Shown here piece by piece: positions 53,342 through 64,000 of a DNA stretch of 64,000 bases. Origin of the DNA: Auanema rhodensis (taxonomy: Eukaryota; Animalia; Nematoda); assembly GCA_964057225.1 (NCBI GenBank), contig OZ059897.1, positions 5,580,001 through 5,644,000 on the forward strand, in the 5' to 3' direction. Every line of letters begins with the position of its first letter. The first letter of the stretch is position 1. A program made the position numbers and the translations under genes. The notes beneath the pieces were generated by a model that was given only the letters and a program-made list of their open reading frames with translations, was not told the DNA's origin and searched no databases.

Positions 53342-54292
53342 AAATGAGAAACAGAGAGATTCGATGTTAATGCTTGATTGCTCAAATTATTTTAAAACTA
53401 AGTTTCAGTCATCCTCCAGTGGCTTTTCAGGCCGGGTAAGAATTGTCAAAATGTCACGTTTTATTGGTGACGTCCTCAGAACTACATCTTTTCAAAATGA
53501 TCGAATCTGTCTCATCTTGCATAGTTTTTTCTTAAATTTTCTTTTATTCTTTGGCAAAATGTGACAGATTTATCAAGCTTTAATTCATGTCAGGTTTATG
53601 TGATTGACCTTGTTTTGTAAATTGACAATTGTTCTCAAGCTTTCAATTAAAATATCGAATTTCCAGCAAATTATTTGAAATCATTCCATTACAGGTGCCT
53701 GCTCCTGCATATTCTGCACCAGAAATTCCTCGCCCAACAACATTATTGCCTCAACGTAAAGCTGATGATAAGAGCAGCATTGGAAGGTTGGTTAACGAAA
53801 AGCTTTGCAAAACCTATAGGTCAAATTTCAGTCCCAACTCTTCATTAGGCACATCTCCTATTGATACAACAGGATCAGCAAGTGATAGCTTTTACATTAA
53901 TAGTGATGTCATATCATCAGCTAACGGTATTTGAAAATTGAAAGTTGTAACCTTTGACTATCATTGTTTTCTGAAAATACAGGTTCAGCAGTTATTGAAG
54001 ATCCAGCTGGTAATGATTCTGATGCTCATTCAAAATATTTATTACATAGGTCAATATCCTCTATTGTTTTTGAAATTTAATGATTTTCATATTTCAGAAT
54101 AGAAGAAGAATCTGAAGTTGTTGACGATTCCATAACTGGTTGTCGTTATGCATTAAGCACAACAGCAGAAACAGAAATGCCGCGTAGTATATCTCAACAG
54201 GTATATTATACAGTTTTATAAAATATTTAAAGAAAGAAACTCATAAAACACAATTATTTATGTTTCAGTTCGAAATGATGCGACGCACCTAG
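50455..54292 (+). CDS. Single-pass membrane protein (no signal peptide) with juxtamembrane Cys cluster and long S/P-rich cytoplasmic tail, 11 exons
   Basis: Exon 1 (50455-50598) ends in the TM segment ALLSIILIISLVILF at a GTAAGT donor and joins in phase to 52342 (VCCFLRMFCCPYRKTK). Nine further small exons splice in frame to FEMMRRT* at 54292. No recognised domain. Confidence 0.75.
53290..53341. repeat. Intronic (GA)n microsatellite
   Basis: GA run inside an intron of the 50455-54292 gene. Confidence 0.85.
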
Positions 54293-55205
54293 GACCTTTC
54301 TATTCAATATTTCACTTCAAAATCATTTTTTTCACCAAAGTTGCCTTAAATAAATGTTTTTTATTTTGTTTTTTATTATAAAAAAAATAATTAATTATTA
54401 AATAATATTAATATGAAATAAATAAGAATTTAAATACATTTTCTTTACAATAATGAAAAATATGAGTGAAGTGTATCTGTCTCAACGAATCAAAAAAAAG
54501 TAATTTAAGCCATTAACTTCAAAAGGAATATTTGACTCTTAACCGGAGAACCTTGATCTAGTTATAGAAGAAATTGATAGAATCTTGACTATTCTTGGCA
54601 CATATGAATAACATGCTCGGTTTGATACCTTGAAGAGATATTGAAGTTTTACAAACAAAATATTTTTAAATTTTCAAATTATTTGTATACCAACTAGGAA
54701 AAGCAACTTCGTTAAGCATGATTGTTATTCTCGCTTTGCTTCATTCATTAACTTTGTTCTCCATCATCTTCTTCTTTTGTTTTATCGTCGTCTGACCCAA
54801 ATAGTTGTAGCCCGTGGAACAAACTCTTCCTTTTTCTTCGTTGCCCCGCCGTTTTTCGAACGGAAAGCAGAGAGAAAAAACGATATAGACGATAAAAGAA
54901 ATAAGAGAAATAAGTCCGAAATACTGTAGAATAGAGATAGAGAGAGAGAGAAAGGAGCTGGACCCGAAGTAGATTGATAGATAGAGAGAAGGGTGGATGA
55001 GAGAGAGAGTGAGAAAGAGAGAGACCCAGTCTCGACGCCTATAAGCAAGAGAGCATACATCATAGGCCTGTAGACGTACGAACTTACTCTGTTATTCTTA
55101 TAATCGACTTTTCTAATAACGTATTTTCTCATCAAAACTATATCCTTTTAACAACTAAAATACGTATTCAAGCACAGTGAGAAGTGCACAAGCTGGATTC
55201 CTCTA

Positions 55206-58200
55206 ATGTTGGCCTTGTTGCCTGTTATACTATGGCTGTCTGCGAGCCACCCTGTACATGCTCGCGGTTCGTCCAGCTTTTCCTATTCACATTTTCTTAA
55301 ACTAGGATTTGTTATTATACTTTATTATCAAATACTATTTCAGTTGATTCCATTGACTTTCCATCTACTGTTCTAACAATTCCATCTAACTATGAAGTTG
55401 GTGAAGAGATTATTGGTGATGAAGTATTTCGAGCTAAACCTGAAGTAAGCTTCACTTTACTATATCACTTTTTACTATATTATTTATTTATTTATATTTA
55501 TTCCTTTTTATTTTATTTTTCATAACAGTTTTATTGATTTTTCTGTAACTGTTTTCTCATTCATTTGTTTTATAAAAATCATTGAATACTTTATGTAAAC
55601 GAAACAGTTTCCTACATTTTGCTTGGATCATTTTTTTCAATTTTTTTCATTATTTCATAATTTTTTTCAAAAAATTCGAAGATGAATACCATTATCATCA
55701 ACCCAATGACCGCATAAAGTGTATCATCGGCTGATTTGAACGACCTCAAGGTCAAAGTCATCCGTTCAATACATTGCGACAGCACAAGCACAATGTCGAA
55801 ATCATGTTTTTAATTTAAAAAAACCAAACCAAATCTATGAAAAATGTAAATTTTTATATTTCAAAAGCATAATTTTATGTAAAAAAAAAATTTAATATTT
55901 TACTAAAGTTTATAAGAAGATTTATGAAAAAAAGAATTCTTAGTAATTCTTTAATGAAATATATAAAATCTTGTCATCTTTATTGTAAAAGATTAGTCTA
56001 TTTCTTAACTATACGTATGCATTTCTTGTATATGTCCTGTTTATCTTGATCATTTTCCTTTTTTGGATGAGATACCTTCTTTCATCTGTATATCAAATCT
56101 TCAAATGATTATCCTTAATTGGGCTGAAAACCCCCCACCACTCACTTGTTCAGCAACCTGTCAACCAACTTATTCTAATTGAATGAACGATTAACTGAAA
56201 AGAAAAACTTGATTCATGATTAAACATTAAACTTTATCATTATGGATAACTTCACCTTTCATTGTTTCATGAACTTTTAAATTAAGTTTTTCTTGGATTT
56301 TGAACTTAATGCATTAAACCCTATGCAGATATGAAATTTAAGTATTTGTTTTGTAGAACGACGAAGATGTAGCTCTTATGGTTGCTCCATCATCAGATGC
56401 TATTGTAATTGCTCCATCCATTGTTCAGCCAGGAAGCATTTTTCAAATTTTTATTAAAGATTTAGAAACTATTAAAGAGAAAACTGACTACAAGGTTATT
56501 CTTTGAAATCAACTTATCTTTGAAACGAATTCACATTCTAGCTTCAAGCTCTTGGATTGATCTCAGGAGATCTTCAAGAGGTTCCTCTTGTTTTTCAGTT
56601 TGCAGCTGATGAAGTTGTAACTCCTACCTCATTTCGAACTTTAATGTTTGAAAAAAGCAATCAAGATATCCAACTTAAAGAAGATTTCCAAAAAGAAGAA
56701 ATTTTTACTATCAAGGTTTACAATATTCTTCAATTATATATTTGTTTATTTTTTGTATATAGTTAACATCAGGATATGAAAATGCTTATGATATTGAGCT
56801 TCTCGGTGATTTATCGTCTCATTTTTCATTGAAAACAGAAAATGAGAATATCTATATATCTAGTATTCCATGTAAGGAATGTAATTTACCTGACCAATTT
56901 ACTTTAATGCTAATGGCTAGTAGAATCCCTGGAGCTTCTGCTAATACAATTATCAATTTTACAAATAAGGTATGTTTCAACAAAACATATCTCTTTAAAT
57001 TAAAACTATATCTCTATAGAAAAAGAAAAACTTCAAATTTTTACAAGAAATGTATCAAACAGAAGTTGAAGAAGAAGCTCCAATTTTCAAAAAAGTTGTA
57101 AAATTAAGAACAAACGGTATATTTCATCTGTTATACACAGATATTAACTGGAGGCTTTTAGGCGAAGATGAAGTAATGTATTCATTGGAAGATGTTTCTG
57201 GCTTATTCTCTGTTCATCCAACCACAGGAGTATTATCTATTCAACATCCAGAATTTCTTAACAGTGAAACTGTTGGAAATGTTGTAAATCTAACTGCAGT
57301 TGCAAAATCTGGAGATAAAAAAGCAATTGCAATGATTGAGATTCGTGTTGTTCCTAAATCAGAAGCACAATCATTCAAATTTCCTGAAGTTTTTCTCATT
57401 TCAAATTAACTTTTAAAAATATGTTTTTAGGAATCCTATTCATTCAATGTTGAAGCTGGAGAACGAGATGTTGGATCTGTTAAAATTCCTTCTGCAGAGA
57501 ACATTGATTATCGGTCAGAATTTGTTTTTCTAACAACATTCTTAATCAACATAATTTGAAATTTGGAGCAAAATTTATTTCAGAATTTCCGAAGGAGATG
57601 GATCAATATTTACAGTATTCGATGGACAAATTGTGTTTATCGGAGAATTTCCAAAAGAAACAAAGATGTTTCAACTATTGGTAAGTAAAAGAACTTTCAT
57701 CTACAGCTGATACATTCACTTTTTTTAGATTCTTGGCCAATCAACATCATCTCCGTTTTCAGTTGATGTTGTTCCTATTAATATTAACATTGTTGGAATT
57801 GGATCAAATGGAGTACAATTCAAAGGAGATACTGATAGGATTGTCCAATTACCAGCAGGTTTCATTTCAAATAATACATCAGAAAACGTTTTATCTATTT
57901 AAGAAACTGTTCCTGAAACAACTATCTTAAATCTTGAAGTCATTGATAAAGATGAGGATTCAACAATGGAATATTCTTTAGATAATTTCCAATCATATAA
58001 TACAAATGGACAATTAATTAAAAGTGATTTTAAACCATTGATAATACATGAAAATGGAAAATCTGTTGCTTTACTGTTAAAGGTACATCGTAGATCAACA
58101 GGGGTGAGATTCAACTTCTCATTACTTATTTCAGAATAGTATTATGAACAAAGATATCTCAAGAATGCACATTGAAATTATTGTAAATGATGTTGCTCAT

Positions 58201-61200
58201 CCACAAGAGCCAAATGCTGTGGGTAGGTGAAACATTAAAGTTCGAATATTCGATAACATACTATAATACATATTTAAGCGAAAGTTGAAATATTGGTTGT
58301 TAGATCAAAGATGATCATGAAAGAGCCAGTGCCATTAAGAATACTTCCAGTGAGTTTTCAGAATCACCCGTTACTATTCCTCTATTCAACTATTTAGGTT
58401 CCAAGTGCTATTGTCTTGAAGCCTGACACACCGATTGGATCATTTGTATATCAAGCATATACAACACATCCTAATTCTGATGTCTTATTTACTTTACCAA
58501 AACATCCACAAGAATTTGAAATTAATACATTAACTGGTATATAAGAATTGCTTTTAGATACTTACCTTTTAATATTCAGGTGTTATAACAACAAAATCAA
58601 AACTAACTCCTGGTTCACGAATACTTTTGAACATATTGGCTGTTGAAGGATCAGAAAAAACTGAAGGATTGTTTGTTATTGAAATAACTTCTGAAATGGA
58701 TACATTATTTCACTTTAAACAGAAGCTATATGAAATAGAAATACCACTTTCAACTGTTATAGGTAATTACTTTTGAATATTTTATTATATTCAATGTATA
58801 TTATTCAGAAAGTCCAGTATTAACTGTTAATATTGATCGTAATATATCTGATATTGAATATAATATCTTGGGAACAACCTTCTTTACTATTAATGAAAAA
58901 GTTTATTTCATTTTTTAGTTTTCAATTAATTAATTCGTATAATAGGGAAATATTTCTACTGCTTTACCATTTTCAAAAGATAATTTACAACATAACTTTG
59001 TTGTTGAAGCTCGATCACCATCTGGTAAAACTATGACTGAAGTAATTAACTATATATTATTATTTTATTTTTATTATAATTATAGGTAGCTGTTAAGATT
59101 ATTCCATCTGAACCATTGCAACTTAAGTTTGATAAACAGCTTTATACCGTTGACCTCATGGGAGATATTCCTTTGAATAGTTTCGTCACAGCTATTCAAG
59201 TATCTTTTCATCTTCAATAGTTTGAAAAATACTTTCTTTTTCTATTTGTAGGCTTCAGGATCTAATGGAACTATTCAATATACAATTGAAACTGGAAAAT
59301 CATCTGAAAAACTTTTGGATATTGATGAGGAAGGAAGAATCACAATCCGCAATGAAATTAAAGGTTTTATCTTTCATAACTAATAGCTGCAACGTATTAG
59401 TTTTCAGACAAATCGTTTGAGGAGCCAATCAGAATTCGAGCTACTGATGGTATTAATGAAGCTTTCACCGATCTAAAGCTGAATGCTACACCAGCTTTCA
59501 GCTGTGTACCAGAATTTGAAATAAGCTCGAACGATGCTTTTGATATCAATGAGGTTTTAAAGCTTGTATGATTCCAATAAGTTTAACTTTTTTCAGAATT
59601 CTGATGTTGGTTCTTCTATTGGCCAACTAAAAGTTGAACCAATAAATGAGAAATGTAACTTGACTTATCATTTCTGGGACGAAACGGAGAAACGGTTAAC
59701 TCAAGAAACTGATTTTGCTATAATCAATGAGAAGACTGGAGAAATAAAGTCATTAAGAGTTTTCGATTTTGAGAAAAAACGAAATTATCCGGTAAATTTG
59801 AACAAATATTGTCATAGTTATTTATATTTTTAGCTTACATTTGCTATAAAAGCTGGAGGTCGAATGATTACAAAACACGCAAGTATTCTGAATATCAATG
59901 ATATGGACGATCATCCATTGAAATTTGATTTTACTTCTATTACTGTTGAAGTAAAATACAAAATATTTTGAAGACAATAATAATTTTGAACTATCTAGGT
60001 ATCAGAAGCTGCTCCAGTTGGTACTGTTGTCACAACTGTAACAGCTATGGAACCTGATGCTTCTCAAGAAGTATACTATCGTTTGAAGTATGATTCAGAG
60101 CATTTCCATATTGAACCCAAAACTGGTATCATCACATTGGCTAAAGAGTTGGATAGAGAAGATGAAGATCGTTTTGAGTTTGAGTAACAGCTATAATTCA
60201 AAATTTTGCTTTTTCTATTTCCAGGATTGTTGTTGGAGCATCAAATTCAGCTGATTCAGACCCTAAGCTGATAACAGAATTCTGCACAGTTCAAGTTGTA
60301 GTAAAAGATGTGTAAGAATATAATAGAATTTGTGAATGAAGAAATATTAAAATTTGTTATAGAAACGATAATGGACCATTATTTGAGAGAGGAAAATATG
60401 AGATGGTTTTAGATAAAATGGAACTTCCTGGAAAAGATTTACTTACAGTTCATGCTGAAGATCCTGATCTTTCTGATGAAAGTAGTGTGACAGCAAGTTA
60501 TTATCTTCTACAATATGAAATTATATTTCAGCTCCAAATTCTGTATTCTATTTCGCAAAAGAAACCTCATTTGAATATAAAGGACTTAAACGCTCAGTTG
60601 ATGGTATTTTCCATGTTAATCAACAAACTGGAGAAATTCGATTAGAAGAGACAGTCAAGTAAGTATCAAAGTTCTTTTTCATTTTTAACATAAAGTCTGA
60701 GATAATCGGTTGCATTAGTTTCTGCTGTTGATGTATACAATCTGCTTATCTTTCATGTTTTCAGTGAATTTGTTGGCGGTGTCTTTCATATGGTATTGGA
60801 AGCTACTGATAGTTTGGAACCTAAAAATGCCCGAAAAGATACAGCTGTTCTCAGAGTTTATGTTCATGATCAAAGTGATGTAGTAGGAAGTCAGATTGAG
60901 AAAAGTCCTATTGTTTTGAAATCAGCTGATGTTCAAGAATTAATACAGTACTTTATTTGAAATTTAAATAGTAATATACAAAACTTTTTTTTCAGAACTG
61001 TAGCTAATGCTACTAGCCTTAAGGTTTTATTGAAAGATATCAAATATGAACATTTAGAAGATAACCTTATCCATGATGCTTCAGATATTCAAATGGTTAT
61101 TATACTATACATATTTCATTTATAAAACTGTAAAACCTCATTTACAGATTGTTGTGAACAAAACTTCTTCGGAGGTTATACCAGCTGAAAAGGTTTTAGC

Positions 61201-61696
61201 AATCGTCAGTAAGTTGTCGGAAACTTCCAACCACACCATATTGCCATTCCGTTTGCGAAAATCGTATCAGGTTTGTAAACAAGAAAACAGCATTTGAAGC
61301 TTAAGTTTTAGAGTGATGGTACAATCTCTCATGCATCCACATCTCCAATAATTTACTTCATATTAATTTTCTTACTTCTACTAAGTTGTATGTGTGCTAT
61401 ATTTGGATTATTATTGTGCCATTATCGTTCTGGGTATCATGTTACTTTCAATAACTCAAGTATGAAATCAAATTTTGTAGATATCGTAAAGAACGAAAGC
61501 TACATGAAGATAGCCTGGTTATTGCCAGCACATTAAACAGAACAAAACATCGTCCATTTTCATTATCACCTATAGAAACAAGGTATATTCATTTTCAATA
61601 TTTCAAATTTTCTTTATTATATGTTATAGTCAATCTACAACAACTGATCGAGATGATGAATATTCAGTACAAGAAAGAAAACTAAGTGTAATCTAA
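55206..61696 (+). CDS. Non-classical cadherin (nematode cdh-5/7/8/10/12-like architecture), about 30 exons
   Basis: Signal peptide MLALLPVILWLSASHPVHA; degenerate N-terminal EC repeats (FSVHPTTGVLSI, FEINTLTGVITT); more canonical distal repeats (FDFEKK, INDMDDHP, VSEAAPVGTVV, LDRED, KDVNDNGPLF, AEDPD); a membrane-adjacent domain; TM IIYFILIFLLLLSCMCAIFGLLL; short tail ending EYSVQERKLSVI*. Confidence 0.9.
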
Positions 61697-62390
61697 CATT
61701 TCTAAATAAAACAACAAAAGAAATTTCTTTAAAAAATTAAATTATTACATGAACTAATGGAATTTATAGATTCTATCAGCTCAAAAAGAAAGTTTTAATA
61801 CGTGTATTTAATAAAGGGTGCTATATATGAGATTATTATATTGGAAAATGAAAAAGTAATTCTAATGAGAAAATGCTGGAATGAAAATTCATTTCTTCAT
61901 TATTCTCTATTTCAAACTTTTCTTTTGATATGTATAAGTATGAATATATCTTCTCAATGTTTATCTATAATATCGTTTACTTTGGTTTCACTTTTCCTTC
62001 TAAATAAAATTATTTTTTGATCTCTTGTGTTATCAGTTATTTACATTTGAAGGAAGACAATGATATCATATTCTTATCATTCATAAGCGAAAACTTATAC
62101 TTCGACAAGCGTTCATGACATGACAACATGGCTTTTGTTGTTAATAACATTCATCTTTCACTTCCACATCTATATTTCGTTAAGAATAATATAGACACGA
62201 GATCTATCTTGATGTTATCCAAACAGGACCGTCTCGGTCTCACTTTCTTCCTCTTTGTCCATCTTTATCTGTGGAACACATACAGAAGTAATATAATAGT
62301 AGAGACAGAAAACCAAACCGACTATATATATCTCGAGATGCAGATATGGAATTGACTCTCTAGTACCTCTTCCAGTTTTCGAACACAATC

Positions 62391-63521
62391 ATGATTCGAC
62401 TTTTCTTTGTACTGATATTAGCTCAGGTAGGTGTACGACATCAACAATTTCTTGGGTCTATCACCAGATCAAGATCCAATTCTCAACATTTTAGCGAAAA
62501 ATTCGAAATTATGCTCATTATCAAGCTTGTCGTGGTGCAATCAAACTCATTTTTTTTTATTTTTTCTGAGAATAAATCGGAATCAACTTTCGATCTCTCG
62601 TTGCAGCACTAGTCAGAGTCAAAGCTTTAACTGATTCAATTATTTTTTTAAAGAAAAATGTAAAATCTGTATAAGAAAAAGCCGAATATTCAATTTTCTA
62701 GAAAGCACTGTCTTTCCAAGTTACACATATCTCTGAATGTGGAACTACACGTGGATGCTGGATGTTACCACCTGGATGCACAGGGTCGGACACTTGCTCT
62801 GTCATGATCACCTGGAAACATGAGGGCAGATCACTTAAAATTGAAATGGAGGTATTAATTTTAAAAATAATTCTTACCTGAATAAGCACTTCAGAGCGAG
62901 TTGAAAGAAAGTGACAAAGGCCGATGGATCGCCTTAGGCTTATCTAAGGATACTAGAATGGTGCAAAGTTTTATAATTTTAGATAGTAACAGAAACCAAT
63001 ATTTAGGGTAATGATACTGTTCTTGAATGTTATTATCCATCAGAAGGCCAAGGATCAGTTCATCTCTCTCATAATGCTCAAACTAACAATATTGTACTTC
63101 CAAAGGTGATTGGATAATATATTGCTCCTTCTACATGAGAGGTTTCAGGCCACCAGCCTTCTTGTCAAGGATAGTTATGCCGAAGTAAATGATGGACGCG
63201 CACTTTGTGGAGCTGAGTTATTGCTTGATAAAACTATTGTAATGGATAGCGAAAAGAAAATGGTAAGCCATGGTATGAAGTTACAATAGAAGCTCCTAAT
63301 TTTAAGATTCATGCCATTAGTCAAGGAAAGTATCACCTTTTCTTCGCAACTGGAGCCCTTTCTGCAGGTATACAGTTTGTGAAATAACTTCGAAATTCTA
63401 TTTCTATACAGAAGGTAAGAAGAAGGCTCATGCTATGGCTGGATCTGGATCTCCATGGAAATCTCGTGATTCTATTAGATTCTGTAAGGAATGCAGTTCA
63501 GCTTTTAAAATTGCTCAATAA
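62391..63521 (+). CDS. Secreted DOMON-domain protein (FRRS1/SDR2-type DOMON, no cytochrome b561 part), 7 exons
   Basis: Signal MIRLFFVLILAQKALS, ECGTTRGCWMLPPGC, WIALGLSKDTRMGNDTVLEC, DGRALC, YHLFFATG, KKAH..RFCKECSSAFKIAQ*. The stop TAA (63519-63521) lies within AATAAA. Confidence 0.87.
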
Positions 63522-63758
63522 ATCGAAAAATTCATAAAGAATTTAATATTTCTGACAGTAATGACTTCAAACACCGTAAACAGGGTTAATACAAAAATTA
63601 TGCTTAGAATATTGACAGTATAGTGATTTAGCCAAACTGGGCAGTATAAAGAAAACGTTAGGTAAGGACCAGAATTTGAATTATGTAAGTTCATAATTCT
63701 CTTTTTTAAAATACATATATCCAAAATTATGAGGCAAGATAAATTAAAGAAAAAAAAG

Positions 63759-64000
63759 TTAGTAAATAGGTCTGAAATTGGTAAAACATGATAATCATTC
63801 CCCCCGGATATCTTACAAATCTCTTGTTCTCTGATTCCAAATGCTGGATACCGAAGGTGGAACCGTAGGCTTAGCGATGTGATTGAAAACAGAAGTATTA
63901 ATCTGAAATATATTTTAAAACAAATCATCAAGATTTCAGTTTTACCTGCGTTCTTGGCAAAGTCATCCGCAAAACTTTTTCTCCGTCTTCCGTCATAGTT
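63759..64000 (-). CDS. 3' end of a convergent gene (partial, product unknown)
   Basis: Two GTAA..TTTCAG introns on the minus strand give ..TMTEDGEKVLRMTLPRTQ|INTSVFNHIAKPTVPPSVSSIWNQRTRDL|PIY*. An alternative frame (..ADDFAKNAD*) cannot be excluded without upstream sequence. Confidence 0.65.

Noticed and set aside
60482-60531. Apparent GC donor (ACA|GCAAGT) or frameshift in the cadherin gene
   Set aside because: A canonical phase-1 GT donor (60482, 50-nt intron) restores the frame (TPNSVFYFAKETSFEYKG).
62931-62942. GCCTTAGGCTTA, telomere-like TTAGGC
   Set aside because: A single copy inside DOMON coding sequence (ALGL); not a telomeric array or break site.
63515-63931. 138-aa minus-strand ORF
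   Set aside because: Reads through two clear introns and the 3' UTR in the wrong frame; the spliced model ends at 63759.
1-64000. CRISPR arrays, tRNA/rRNA, transposase or reverse-transcriptase ORFs, piRNA (CTGTTTCA) clusters
   Set aside because: None recognisable by eye. The sequence is eukaryotic and only scattered partial GTTTCA matches occur. A tRNAscan/Infernal run would be needed to exclude small RNAs formally.

Overview
Eukaryotic, very AT-rich genomic DNA from a nematode, probably a rhabditid/clade V species (inference). Introns are mostly 45-60 nt, many acceptors are TTTCAG, there are candidate trans-splice sites just upstream of ATGs, and (CT)n/(GA)n microsatellites are abundant. 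The ORF track shows only exon fragments, so I spliced genes by hand. Ten complete genes and one partial gene were reconstructed: SLC17-type MFS transporter (+), Srh-like 7TM chemoreceptor (+), AEBP2/Jing-like three-finger C2H2 protein (-, needs a GC-AG intron), Patched-related PTR-6-like protein (+), secreted K/E/P/T-rich orphan (+), 97-aa secreted propeptide-like orphan (+), carboxypeptidase Q/M28 (-), single-pass Cys-flanked adaptor-like orphan (+), non-classical cadherin (+), DOMON-only secreted protein (+), and the 3' end of a convergent gene (-). The main non-coding features are a dispersed family of paired-ACGT boxes at gene boundaries (including a ~480-bp inverted repeat at 39.8-40.3 kb), a purine/pyrimidine strand-skew switch between divergent genes, and frequent AAG splice acceptors. 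No tRNA, rRNA, CRISPR array or autonomous transposon could be supported. Family assignments come from motif recognition and remembered sequences, not database searches. Internal exon boundaries may be off by a few nt.
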